From Chiloscyllium plagiosum (lineage: Eukaryota): a stretch of DNA of 64,000 nucleotides. This document shows, piece by piece, positions 1 through 12,957 of this stretch. The stretch spans positions 14,580,455 through 14,644,454 of the forward strand of contig NC_057718.1 in NCBI RefSeq assembly GCF_004010195.1. The letters run 5' to 3'. Under the pieces are notes generated by a model that made no database searches, was not told the DNA's origin, and saw nothing but the letters and a program-made list of their open reading frames with translations. Within the stretch, counting starts at the first letter, position 1. The number at the start of each line of letters is the position of its first letter. The position numbers were made by a program, and so were the translations under genes.

Positions 1-260
1 CCCCCCCCAAGAGCACTAGCAAACCTCCCCCCAAGGATACTGGTGCCCCTCAGGTTCAGGTGTAGACCATCCTGTTTATAGAGGTCCCACCTTCCCCAGA
101 AAGAGCCCCAGTTATCCAGATACCGGAATCCCTCCCTCCTGCACCATCCCTGTAGGCATGCATTTAACTGTTCTCTCTCTCTATTCCTCGACTCTCTAAC
201 ATGTGGCACGGGTAACAAACCAGAGACAACAACTCTGTTCGTTCTAACTCTGAGCTTCCA
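1..260 (-). mobile_element. CR1 LINE ORF1 (SGNH esterase-like) fragment, truncated by the window edge
   Basis: Minus translation VVSGLLPVPH...WCRREGFRYLDNWGSFWGRWDLYKQDGLHLN, homologous to 9937-10290. Confidence 0.8.
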
Positions 261-431
261 AAGTATTCTCAGTATCGGTGAAAGGCTCAGTTGGCTGGAT
301 AGCTGGTTTACAATGCAGAGTAACACCAACATTGTGGGTTGTACTGGCTGAGATAACCTCTCATTCTCAACCTCTCCCCTCACCTGAGGCATGGTGATCC
401 TCAAGTTAAACTACCACCAGTCTTTTTTTTT

Positions 432-712
432 AGAACATTATGGCGCAGTACAGGCCCTTCGGCCCTGGATGTTGTGTCGCCCTATCCTATCAATCTGAAG
501 CCCGTCCCACCTACACTATTCCATGTACGTCCATATGCCTGTCCATGACGACTTAAATGCACTTAAACTTGGCGAATCTACTCCCGTTGCAAGCAAAGAA
601 TTCCATACCCTTACTACTCTCTGAGTAAAGAAACTACCTCTGACATCTGTCTTATACCTATCTCCCCTCACTTTAAAGTTGTGTCACCTTGTGTTTGCCG
701 TCCCCACACTTG
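432..712 (-). mobile_element. CR1 LINE 3' end inserted into an older tRNA-type SINE (about 283-422 and 750-812)
   Basis: TAGAACA tail, ggcccttcggccc 3' stem and the ORF2 C-terminal region typical of CR1. Confidence 0.7.
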
Positions 713-872
713 GGACAGGCAATAGATATTGGCCTAGCTAGTGGGCCATCTCCCTCTCTCTCTCATGAGAAAGAGCACTATAGTCCGCTTGGACTATGGT
801 GACTTTACCTTTAAAGGAGTCACATTAATGCAAGTGCATCTCTCCCCAGAAAGCAATTACGGTGTATTCATT

Positions 873-1005
873 AGGCGAAAGTGAGGACTGCAGATGCTGG
901 AGATTAGAGTCGAGGGTGTGGTGCTGGAAAAGCACAGCAGGTCAGGCAACATCCGAGGGGCAGGAGATTCAACATTTCAGGCAAAGGCCCTTCATCAGGA
1001 AGGAA
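873..1005 (-). mobile_element. Short Penelope-like element terminus (family 1) with a 15-bp TSD
   Basis: TACGGTGTATTCATT at 858-872 and 1006-1020. The sequence matches the ends of the RT/GIY-YIG element at 39591-42379. Confidence 0.8.
971..998 (-). ncRNA. Minimal hammerhead ribozyme motif, partly decayed
   Basis: Minus strand CTGATGA-A-GGGC-CTTT-GCCT-GAAATGTT. Confidence 0.5.
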
Positions 1006-3019
1006 TACGGTGTATTCATTGCTGACCACAGCACTGCATGAAGCAGAAAGACGTCCTAATTCCTTCTTTGAAGAATTTAACATTTGAACCGAAGAGTTGT
1101 AAAGAGGGATGAGGCTGCTTCCTGAGAGCAATGTGAATGCCAGCTGGAAGGGTTGTGTAATTAAAAAATCAAAACAAACAAAACTTCACCAACAATAAAA
1201 AAAAAGTGTAACCAGATGAAAGGTGAATACACCACAGAGTAGACAGAGCAAGTGCTGTACACAACGCTGTAATTTAATCCAGAATCAAACATATCGGCTC
1301 TTCACAGCAGTGCCTGACTCATGTCTTGTGGTTTCTGTTAAGATTCCTCATGTTTTTTTCTCTGTAAATAATTATAACCTGGAGTGAAATGCTGCAACCA
1401 GCACCAACTGAACAAGGAGCGAGCCTTCCTCCAGCTGATAGATTCTGGGCACATCAAGTCAAGTGGGAGGGGTGACTGCAACGCTTGAAGGAGAATCGCC
1501 CACCTTGCCCCTGGCAAGGCGCACACGTGTAGAACCTCCTGTCGCTCGGAGTGCTGGAAGGAAAACGGACTGAGGGGGTGTAGGGGCTGCAGTTGTTGAG
1601 GGGCGGGTCACACACGATATTACCCACCGCCCCACACCAATATCTGGGCTGTGAAGTCAGAAGGGCGTCCTTCTCCCTCCGCCCTCCCTACCAACCTCCT
1701 TCTCTCTGGACTGTATCCAGAACTGAGCAGGTGTCTGCACCTTCATCAAATGCCAAATCACCCCAGGGTGAGGCGCTCTGCAGTATATTAATCTGATTTA
1801 ACAAACTAAATGTGTGAAATAAAAAAAGCGGATGCTGTCTGGATCTGTTGTTGGCTAATTGATAAGAGGCTGAAGCTATGATTAATCGATGATGTCATTG
1901 TTGGTGTATCACGTGACTACTATGATGGCAGAAGGTGAACCAGGTAGTTCAGTCTTTTCTTTCTCTCTGGCAACTCCTTTACTCCTAATGTTGTTTCTCT
2001 TTATTCATTTGTGGCCCACTAGCTAGGCCAATATTTATTGCCTGTCCCAAGATGCCCTTGAGAAGGTGGTGGTGAGCTGCTTTCTTGAATCTGTGGCATT
2101 CTCTGCTCCAGTGATCTCATGTTGATCTTCACGCTCTAAACCTAGACTTTCTAGAACATTCATCCAGTTCAAGGCCGCAGATAATGTCACTTTCAATTGC
2201 CTGAGGGAGTCAGCAAGGATAAAATACAGCAGATGCTGGAAATCACATTGAAAGGTACATGACTCTTAGAGGACTTGACTGGGTAGATGTGAAAAGGTTG
2301 TTTCCCCCTGTGGGAGAGTCTAGGACTAGAGGGCACCATCTCAGAATAAGGGTCACCAATCTAAGACAGAGATGAGGAGGAATTTCTTGTCTCAGAGGGG
2401 AGCGAATCTGTGGAGTTCTTTCCCACAGAGAACTGTTGAAGCTGGGTGATTGAGAACAATCACCAAACCTCCAGGAGATAAGAAATTGGAGTCATGAGCT
2501 CAGAGGCAGCAATGGTGGACATGGAGTGGAGAGTCCGAGTTGACAAGTCTTAGGGTCACCTGCAAGGCTGATCAGAAATCTGTGAAATGGTCAGGCGTTG
2601 TTTTGCCTGTGGACTTGGCCGAGTCCAAACCACAGTCCCAGCAGGGAAGCACTGCTCTGGGACTGTGTTTACTCTCTTCTCAGCCTTTGTCGCCCCAGGT
2701 TGAATGGCCACAGGGGTTGTGGGGTTGGTAGTGGATGGTGTGGGTGGGGAGGGAGTAGGGAGTAAGCAGTGGTTAGGATGTGGAGGATGGGAAGAGTTTA
2801 CCCTTTGCCCACCTTGGTATGCAGGCTAGGTGTTAGATTCTAGCTAACCTCTCTCTGTCCGTCAGTTTTGAACGGTTTCCAGACCAAACAGTTAATAAAA
2901 TGATCACTGAAGAGTAGTGATCTTTTGTCAGGGGCTGGGCTGTGATCAATGGGCCAGCTCAGTATCAGAAATAGCAGGAATGCAAGGACACACAGATGCA
3001 TCAATGGGAAGGGGATGGC

Positions 3020-3335
3020 TTATTGATATTAAAGCCGAACTATTAATCCAAAGGCCCAGGTAATGTTCTGAGGACCTGCACCAGCAGATGGTAGAAGTTG
3101 AATTCAACAGCAAATCTGGAATTAGGAATCTAATGATGACCATGTGACTGTTGTTGATTGTCGGAAACCCTTCAGGTTCACTAATGTCTTTTGGGGAGGA
3201 ATCTGTCATCCTGACCTGGTCTGGCCTATGTGTGACTCCAGACCCACAGCAGTGTGGCTAACCCTTAACTGTCCTCTGGACAAATAAGATGGGCAATAAG
3301 TGCTGGCCTAGCCAGCAATGTCCTCATCCCGTGAC
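3020..3335 (+). mobile_element. tRNA-derived SINE (same family as 15205-15550)
   Basis: Shared body and 3' end ...gggcaataagtgctggcctagccagcaatgtcctcatccc. Confidence 0.55.
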
Positions 3336-3590
3336 CTACAAAGAAAGTCCACATCTCAGGAAAGGGTCCACAGGCAGGGCCTTCCTTTGCTTGAAAAAGG
3401 TAGATGGATGCCTTAATAATATTCACAATGCTGCAGGGTTTTGATTGTGTAGATACAGAGAGAATATTTGGTCCTGTGGGTAAAAACCATCAAGAGGAAA
3501 CAGTCATCAAGAAATCCAATAGGGAATAGGGATGCATTGCCGGAGGTTTCATCAAATGACCCCTCACCTCTAACGATATGGTCATCATTT

Positions 3591-3705
3591 GAACTCGGAT
3601 TTCACCAGTTTCCTCATTTCCCCTCTCCCCAGCCTGTCTCAGTCAAATCCATCAAATTCAGCACCGCCTTCCTAACCTGCAATCTTCTTCCCAACCTCTC
3701 CGCCA
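3591..3705 (+). mobile_element. Penelope-like internal fragment
   Basis: Near-identical to 24861-24975, which follows the GIY-YIG C-terminus. Confidence 0.6.
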
Positions 3706-6700
3706 ATCCCCCAGGCCAACGAACTTTGATACCAATTAGAAAGGAAACAGGCTCTTTGTTACCAAATTGGATTAACATTGACCATTAGTCAGTCCTTTTA
3801 CCCTGCTTCCAATCATCTGTAATTAATACGTCAGTGTTTTCAAAGTAAATGAAGAAACAAAACCCACACTGTTGATGAATGCCCTTAAAGTTCTCTTCTG
3901 GGTGTCAGTCACTATGGTGACTTGGAGACTGTTAATTCCTGTAGATATCTAGACAATTCTGGTACATTGCTAAGCCTCATTAGACTTGAAGACATGTCAG
4001 CTCTCCCTTTCTCAGGAATGGGAATGAGATTCTATTGAGAACAGGGATGAGGCAGAGGTTTGGGTAAACTCAGGGAAAGAGAACTTCAGCTTGTTGTGCT
4101 CAAAGAGTTTTCCCTGTTCCTACTAAGTCATCAGATCTCTCTTGTATTTCAGTTGACATCCACTTTGTCTTCCATTTGCTGCATTTGTTCCTGCCGGCAG
4201 GAATACAGTACGGGATTTCTGAATAAAATTAGCAAGTCATTCTGACTGTATTAAATACAAATACAACATCAGCCATTCAAAGAAGTAAGCCCCTCCATTC
4301 TGTAGTTGCAGGTTAGAAAAGCACAATAAAACATTGGGGAAAGCAAACAAACTGACAACACAACCACTATACATTGTAATCACCATGACAACTGTTAGCC
4401 CCAGGGAAACTTGAATCATTAAAAATGTGCAATTACCTGCCTGTATGTGAGGGAAGATGAATGGAAAGTGAAACATTTAAGTTCCAAATAATTGCTGTAA
4501 TAATTCCCAATATAAAATTATTCTCCCCAGAAGTACTTCATTAGATGTTACATGTTTCTTCTTACTTTGGGGAAGGTTACACAGGAGAGACCACTCATAA
4601 TCAGGCCATTCAACCCAACTGTTCCATGTACATTTAGAGATTTCTTGGTGACTATTTTCTGCTGATGGCCTCCAGTTACACTCTTCCTCAAGAGGAGTGT
4701 GCCTCTGGAATGTGTGGCAGTTTGGATCAGTGGATGATGACAGTATGCAGCCTTCAGGATGGATCTGGATCATTTCCTGAGCATGGCAGACCACAAACAA
4801 TCCAGGAGCTGTTGGAAACGGTTTTTCCCAATGTTGCTGAGTGCCATTGTCATCCTTAGGAAGACAGCCACCATCTTGGGAGTTAAAGAGATTTAACTTG
4901 AATCTATAGTTGATCCTGAGTTCTTCAAAAAAATGCTTCGCACATCATGCATGTATGTGGCCCAAGTCTCCACTCTGAGGCCAACATCAGGGACTTTCAC
5001 AACAGGCTACGTGAAAATCAGAAATTTAACTTCCTGGGCAATTCCTGTGTGTCGCGGTCCTGACACACAACTCTCAAGCCGTGGCTCATCCCTGACGATC
5101 TAGAGGCCAGATGTAACTTGGGCCTCCACAAGTACAGCAGTTTAATCATAATTGTGGTGGGGCAGGTGGGACTCTTTCAACATGTACCTTATCTCCAGCT
5201 ACAAGCAGCACTCTTATTACAAACTATTTGTTTAATTCTGCATTCAGCTTGCCCCGGTTGAAGAATCAATATAATACCATTGTGAAATTGTAGGACCGAA
5301 TTCCAAACCTCTCTTGAAGTTTAGAGTGAACTGCTGCACTGAATTATGATCTTCTCCTTCTTCTGCCAGCCACATTACAAATCCTGGCTGTCGGACACCT
5401 TCTAAACCCAGAAATGGTCGGAGATGAAGAGCCCAATAAAAATGTGCATCTGCCATCAGAGTGCTTGTTTCAGTTGATAAACAATGTCCCATTTCCTCCC
5501 ACCATGTGAGAAATGAGGATATCCTGCCTGTAAGCAGCATTCAAAGTGTCAGGTCCAGAAATAAAGTCCATTTCTATTGTGTGTTACAATTTCTCAAGAC
5601 AGTTAGCGGTTAAAATTTAGTCGCATAAGGAGATATCAAAAGCTTAGACAAAGAGGTGACCTGAAATCTTTGCTGCTACTAGCAGAGGGCAGCAGATCTG
5701 AGGAATGGTCAGGGTAGTGGTATTGTAGCAGATCAGCCATAACTGTCCGCTTGAGGGAACGTTTATTCCTCTCCCGCTCCTAGTTCTTCTGTTCTTAAGC
5801 TTTTTCACCAGTTGCTTTAAAATATCCTGATGTGGTTCTGGCAATCATTTTCTGATTAAGGTGTGTGAAGCCCCTTTCTAAACTTCAGGTCAGCATCATA
5901 CCAGTGTTGTGGGAGAGACTGAACTGCCGCAGATTGAATGACGCCCCTAAGGAAGGTGTTTGTGCTTGAAACGATGTGAGGTTAACAGATGGGGAGGAAG
6001 GTGTCTGTGGGCATCAGGTTCTCCTCCAGTTCATATTTGCACTCCAGGGAGCAAATGCACCGTGAATTGCTCCCCCTCATGTTCTTGACCCTCTCTATTG
6101 ACCTAGCACGGCCAAGCATTGACATATTGTGCCTGTTGATACAGTTCACAAGTGCAATGTTAGAAGAGGTGTCAGAATGTACACATCAGTGACTCCTTCT
6201 GCTAAGGTACCAGGGTCAGCATGTCACAGTACTTCACCCCTCCTCCCCCCTCCAGCCCACCATGGCACTCATCCCTCTGTCTAAAGGTAAACAAACGCCT
6301 GTCCAGTCATTGACAGCACATGAACACACATTGTGTTTACTTTAACCATTTCCCAAGGAACGTGCAAATTCCTGAAGGATTAAGCCCTTGTGACAAAATA
6401 GGCTGTGGGGTGGGTGCAGAGCATTGATGGGAGTGGGTTACACGTGGTCTGTCTGCAAAAACCATTGTCATGGATGCATTGATTGAGACATTAAGGTGCT
6501 CTTTTACTTGTCTGCCTTCAGATTGCAGTGCAATACTCACCCCTCACTGTCTCCCTCCAAATATAAATTTTCCGAGCTCTCACACAAGCGCGCACACACT
6601 TTCTCTCTCTCTCTCTCTCTCTAAAGCCCTCTGCTCTCACTACTGGAGAAAGGCGAATGATGAATAAAGTTCCAGCGCTATTGATTTCCCACATCCTGGA

Positions 6701-7564
6701 TTACTAATGACTGAGATTTCTCTGAATGTGCATACTCATTGCTTCCATCTTTAAGCAAAACAGGCAGCTCTCAGGGGGCCAGACGTTTAAAAAATACTCC
6801 ACAGCCAACACATTTTATACCTGCTGTCAGGGAGCAGATCAATCACTGCCAGCAATCACACTTAGAGCTTGAGAATTCAAACTATGCCCTTTCACGTTGA
6901 TGCTGATCCCTGTTTCCCAGGAAGTGTTTTGCTCTTAAAATCCACATGGTATCTGGAAGCAATAAACGTTTTAACACCAGAGCTGTCAATAGGACTCTCC
7001 CCCTCCACCCTCCTATTTTCTGTCTGCCTCGAGGGAAAACTCTTCTCCTCACCAGGTTATGGTTCCACACACTCTGTGTTCGCCACAGGGTGGTCACTCA
7101 TCTGGTTTTATACTGGACAGTCCAATGGGTGTCCACTGGCTGACACCTGTCTGGTGCAATGGCTTAGGGTGGACATGCCTGAAACCTACAGCCAAAGTGA
7201 TTTGGCAGAAGGGTCTAAAATACAAAGACTAGCCAGGAGTGTACTGCTATTCTGCTACCAGCAACGCTTCACTTGGAATGAAGCTATTATACTCAAACTC
7301 GCAGAAGAATGTGAGGGTTTTTGTTATTAGCTGTCTGGTGTCTGTTGTGCCTCACCTCCAGCAGTGGCCACCTTACTCACCTGAGTGAGCATTTTCCAAC
7401 AGTGCTGTTCAATTGGAGAAGGTTTCACAATCAAACTGAAACCTGTCTGCATCTAACATTTACACACAAGTGGGAGATTGGTCATGGGTCATTTTCAGAC
7501 CTGTATGTGACAGGGTGCTCACCTCCAGTGGGAAGGCCAGTCTGAGACTGTTCCTCATCATAAT

Positions 7565-10290
7565 CACATAGAACATTGAACATAGAACAATACAGCACAG
7601 AACAGGCCCTTCGGCCCACGATGTTGTGCCGAACATTTGTCCTAGCTTAAGCACCCATCCATGTACCTATCCAATTGCCGCTTAAAGGTCACCAATGATT
7701 CTGACTCTGCCACTCCCACAGACAGCGCATTCCATGCCCCCACCACTCTCTGGGTAAAGAACCTACCCCTGGCATCCCCCCTATACCTTCCGAGTGTGGG
7801 ATAGGTGTGAATAATCCAGGGGTTAGGGTCGGGAAAACAGTGCCTAAGAGTGTGGGATAGGGCAGATTCATACAGGGATTATGTCTGGAACACAGTGCCN
7901 NNNNNNNNNNNNNNNNNNNNNNNNNNNNNNNNNNNNNNNNNNNNNNNNNNNNNNNNNNNNNNNNNNNNNNNNNNNNNNNNNNNNNNNNNNNNNNNNNNNN
8001 NNNNNNNNNNNNNNNNNNNNNNNNNNNNNNNNNNNNNNNNNNNNNNNNNNNNNNNNNNNNNNNNNNNNNNNNNNNNNNNNNNNNNNNNNNNNNNNNNNNN
8101 NNNNNNNNNNNNNNNNNNNNNNNNNNNNNNNNNNNNNNNNNNNNNNNNNNNNNNNNNNNNNNNNNNNNNNNNNNNNNNNNNNNNNNNNNNNNNNNNNNNN
8201 NNNNNNNNNNNNNNNNNNNNNNNNNNNNNNNNNNNNNNNNNNNNNNNNNNNNNNNNNNNNNNNNNNNNNNNNNNNNNNNNNNNNNNNNNNNNNNNNNNNN
8301 NNNNNNNNNNNNNNNNNNNNNNNNNNNNNNNNNNNNNNNNNNNNNNNNNNNNNNNNNNNNNNNNNNNNNNNNNNNNNNNNNNNNNNNNNNNNNNNNNNNN
8401 NNNNNNNNNNNNNNNNNNNNNNNNNNNNNNNNNNNNNNNNNNNNNNNNNNNNNNNNNNNNNNNNNNNNNNNNNNNNNNNNNNNNNNNNNNNNNNNNNNNN
8501 NNNNNNNNNNNNNNNNNNNNNNNNNNNNNNNNNNNNNNNNNNNNNNNNNNNNNNNNNNNNNNNNNNNNNNNNNNNNNNNNNNNNNNNNNNNNNNNNNNNN
8601 NNNNNNNNNNNNNNNNNNNNNNNNNNNNNNNNNNNNNNNNNNNNNNNNNNNNNNNNNNNNNNNNNNNNNNNNNNNNNNNNNNNNNNNNNNNNNNNNNNNN
8701 NNNNNNNNNNNNNNNNNNNNNNNNCTTTCCATTACTTTGCCTACCACCGAAGTAAGACTAACTGGCCTGTAATTCCCGGGGTTATCCCTAATCCCTTTTT
8801 TGAACAGTGGCACAACATTTGCCACTCTCCAGTCCCCTGGCACCACCCCCATTGACAGTGAAGATGAAAAGATCATTGCCAACGGTTCTACAATTTTCTC
8901 TCTTGCTTCCCACATAATCCTAGGATATATCCCGTCAGGCCAGGGGAACTTGTCTATCCTCAAGTTTTTCAAAATGCCCAACACATCTTCCTTCCTAACA
9001 AGTATCTCCTCTAGCTTACCAGTCCGTTTCATACTCTCCTCTTCAACAATACGGTCCCTCTCATTTGTAAATACTGAAGAAAAGTACTCATTCAAAACCT
9101 CTCCTATCTCCTCCGACTCAATACATAGTCTCCCACGACTGTCCTTGATCGGACCTACCCTCGTTCTCGTCATTCTCATGTTTCTCACATACGCATAAAA
9201 GGCCTTGGGGTTATCCTTGATCCTACCCACCAAAGATTTTTCATGCCCTCTCTTAGCTCTCCTAATCCCTTTCTTCAGCTCCCTCCAGGCTATCCTGTAT
9301 CCCTCCAATGCTCTGTCTGAACCTTGTTTCCTCAACCTTATGTAAACCTCCTTCTTCCTCTTTACAAGACATTCAACCTCCCTCGTCAAAACCTCCCACC
9401 AAAATGCTCACCCACTAACAAGCCCATCTCTTGTACCGGTTCATTACCGAGTACCAAATCCAATATGGCCTCCCCTCTGGTCGGACAATCTACACATACT
9501 GAGTTAGAAAAGCTTCCTGGACACACTGCACAAACACTGCCCCGTCCAATCTACTTGATGTAAAGAGCTTCAATCAATACTTGGGAAGTTGAAATCACCC
9601 ATGACTACTACCCTGTGGCTTCTGCACCTTTCCAAAATCTGTTTCCCAATCTGTTTCTCCATATCTCTGCTGCTGTTGGGGGGCCTATAGTAAACACCCA
9701 ACAAGGTGACTGCTCCTTTCCTATTTCTGACTTTAGCCCATACTACCTCCAAAGGCAGATCCCCCTCGAACTGTCTTTCTGCAGCCGTTATACCATTTCT
9801 AATTAGCAACGCCACCCCCCCTCCTTTTTTACCACCCNNNNNNNNNNNNNNNNNNNNNNNNNNNNNNNNNNNNNNNNNNNNNNNNNNNNNNNNNNNNNNN
9901 NNNNNNNNNNNNNNNNNNNNNNNNNNNNNNNNNNNNAACCTACCTCCCAGGATATTGGTGCCCTTCTGGTGCTGGTGCAACCCGTCCTGCTTGTACAGGT
10001 CCCACCTTCTCCAGAATGCAGTCCAATTGTCCAAATACCTGAAGCCCTCCCTCCTACACCATCCTTGCAGCCACGTGTTCAACTGCACTCTCTCCCTATT
10101 CCTTGCCTCACTGTCATGTGGCACCGGCAACAACCCAGAGATGGCGACCCTGTCCGTCCTAGCTTTTAGCTTCCAGCCTAACTCCCTGAGCTCCTGAATG
10201 ACCTCCCCAGCCCTCTTCCTACCTATGTCGTTGGTGCCAACGTGCACCACGACTTCTGGCTGCACACCCTCCCCCTTAAGGGTTCTGAAG
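7565..10290 (-). mobile_element. Rearranged, gapped CR1 LINE: ORF1 esterase, APE endonuclease, tether/pre-RT and 3' tail
   Basis: ORF 9570..10307 has VVVHVGTND...DGLH, GGGVALLI, GVYYRPPN and MGDFNFP. ORF 7689..9389 has NPKAFYAY, PGDWRVANVVPLFKKG and NYRPVSLTSVVGK. TAGAACA tail at about 7568-7590. N-gaps at 7900-8724 and 9838-9936. Confidence 0.9.
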
Positions 10291-12197
10291 ACACAGACAC
10301 AGGCCATTCAGCCCTGCTGGTCTATTCTCCACACAAACCTCATCTAATCCAGTTTGAATAACCTTCCGTTCCTATTGTTTAAGCAGCTTCCTTTCAAAAG
10401 CATCTATAGACTATTTTGTTCTACTACTTCCCTTCTGGTGAGGTCCACATTCTTACCATTCCTGGGGTAAAGTTTCTCCTGAATTCTCCACTAGCCTTGG
10501 CAGTAATGATTATATATTTATGGTGTTATGATTCCAGTTGATGGTTTTGCTGGATAAGCCAGATACCAAAGTGAAACCTGGCTGGAGAGACATAAATTGT
10601 ATTTTGCAAATTAGATTACTGCGGTGCTCAGACATTGAACACATTCACAAGAGAGTTTCAATGTATTTTTAACGAAAGAACATCAGCTGCACACAAAAGG
10701 AAAAGTAAACTACTTTACACAGCACAATAATTATTTGGAATAGTCTTATCTTAAGCTTCAGAACTAAAGATTCGACCCTTTTACATTGACAATAATTGTG
10801 TGGATACTCAAACCTAGGTGAAAGGTCACCTAATTTCCACTTCAGATTTCCTTGCTCAGCTGAACTTAATTTCTTTCTGGCAAATTCAATCATTCCTAGC
10901 TTCTTCAGTTAATGTCTTTTCAAGAAATCCTGAAACAAACTGCTAACACAGCTCATCTACTCCTTAACATGTTTTCTTTTAACTCATATATTCAACAGCT
11001 CTGATTCCTCTCTGATACCTCAAAGCCTCTGTTTCTGGAGCGTTTCTCATATAAACTTCTAAGCTGCGTATGACTTTTTTTTTCTGTGTTGACTGTTTTG
11101 GTGACTGTGAAGCTGCTTCATTGTTCTTTCACAGGCTTTTTGTGTTTAGATGACCTGCTTCTTTCTGAAAAAAAAAGTTAGATATTCACTGATCCTTTAG
11201 ATGGCTCTCCCTTTTCAAAGTAACTTTTTTGTGTGTCATAGGACACCTTGTTGCTCAGCAACAGCCCAACTTTGTTCTCTTCTACTTTTATTTTCTAAGG
11301 CACTGAACTATTCACCTCAACGTTTTCATATTAAAAGCCACATTCAAATGCATGTTAGCAACTTTCCAGGCAATCTACCAACACTCACAAGACCCAAAAA
11401 ATAATGCTAAAACTGTGTCTTCCCGAGACAGACTCAAAGCCAACATTCCTCAGACCCTAACCTTCGAAATAACAATGTATCATGACCCTCTCTCATAATC
11501 ACCCCCAGCTTTGGTTTCCCCCACAAATGGAAACATTTTGCCTACATCTACTGGAGCAAACATTTTTATAATGTTAAAGACCTTTCCATAAGGTTACCCT
11601 TCAGCTCTTTCCAGAGAGCACAACCCTAACCTGGGTAACCTCTCCTAATGGGTGTACCCACTCGGAAATGTTTGTGAATCTTGTCTGCGTGTTCTCCAAT
11701 GCCCCGTGGAAATGTCCTTTATTTGAGTTGCTATAGCCTATCATATCTACAGGTGAAGCAGCCTTTGGACAGGACTGGAGGGTGGGTAGGGACAAAGGAT
11801 AAAGGAGCAGAGGGGAGTGTGGGGGAGCAGTGTAGAGTTGGGAGCAGATCTCTTTTATTGCTTTTGACTCCACAAGCACAACAAAATAAAATGAACGGCT
11901 TAACAAGAGACCAGATGGTGCCTTTACACAGTTAGTTGGCTTCCCCTCAAGAGCATCCCCATCAGCGAGTTAAAAATGTACTGTTGTCCAATCCAGTAGC
12001 TGCCAGGCACATATGGTTGGTTGGGAATCCAAATTCTGAGTAGTTAATAAAAAATAGGTGTTATAAATACTGGTGTTGAGGGAATGCAGGTGTGCTTTAG
12101 CCTGTGGAGTCTGATTAGTAAAATACCAGACAAAAAGCAGTGTGGTGTTTGACCAATGCACGTAGAAAACTTTCTATTCAACCTGTTCAGAGATGTA

Positions 12198-12680
12198 ATA
12201 GAGTCATAGAGATGTACAGTATGGAAACAGACCCTTCGGTCCAACCCGCCCATGCCGACCAGATATCTCAACCCAATCTAGTCCCGCCTGCCAGCACCCG
12301 GCCCATATCCCTCCAAACCCTTCCTATTCATATACCCATCCAAATGCCTCTTAAATGTTGCAGTTGTANNNNNNNNNNNNNNNNNNNNNNNNNNNNNNNN
12401 NNNNNNNNNNNNNNNNNNNNNNNNNNNNNNNNNNNNNNNNNNNNNNNNNNNNNNNNNNNNNNNNNNNNNNNNNNNNNNNNNNNNNNNNNNNNNNNNNNNN
12501 NNNNNNNNNNNNNNNNNNNNNNNNNNNNNNNNNNNTCCTGTACAGCCGCAACATGACCTCCCAACTCCTGTACTCAATACTCTGACCAATAAAGGAAAGC
12601 ATACCAAACGCCTTCTTCACTATCCTATCTACCTGCAACTCCACTTTCAAGGAGCCATGAACCTGCACTCCAAGGTCTCT
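12198..12680 (-). mobile_element. CR1 (HER1-type) LINE 3' fragment with gap
   Basis: DLGVQVHGSLKV...KKAFGMLSFI, TFKRHLDGYMNRKGLEGYG and a tagagtca tail. Confidence 0.85.
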
Positions 12681-12841
12681 GAATCTATGAGACTTGAAGC
12701 TGGACATCCTGGCTCAGAGGTAGGGACACTAACAATTTGCCACAAGAGTTCATGTGTGTCCTTTCCTCACATTTTCAGTGCAGGTGGCTCACAACTGTGG
12801 CTTATCAGCAGCAGCTGCTGAACAACACTGGACTAATGATT

Positions 12842-12957
12842 CGGAGATGCCGGTGTTGGACTGGAGTGTACAAAGTTAAAAATCACACAACACCAGGTTA
12901 TAGTCCAACAGGTTTACTTGGAAGCAGTAGCTTTCGGGGAGCTGCTCCTTCATCAAG
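12842..12957 (-). mobile_element. Penelope-like terminus (family 2) with a mutated hammerhead at 12928-12956
   Basis: Minus strand TTGATGA-AGGAGCAGCTCCCC-GAAAGCTA followed by ...ttggactataacctggtgttgtgtgatttttaactttgtac. Same family as 28290, 44245 and 45120. Confidence 0.6.

Noticed and set aside
4477..5540. Short minus-strand ORFs as a possible gene or transposase
   Set aside because: They contain stops and no convincing domain motif. Possibly an old TE remnant, but I cannot assign it.
7372..7455. Strong minus-strand donor (CAG|GTGAGT) as a candidate next SMYD3 exon
   Set aside because: The upstream frames show no resemblance to the expected post-SET/TPR sequence and the acceptor is weak.
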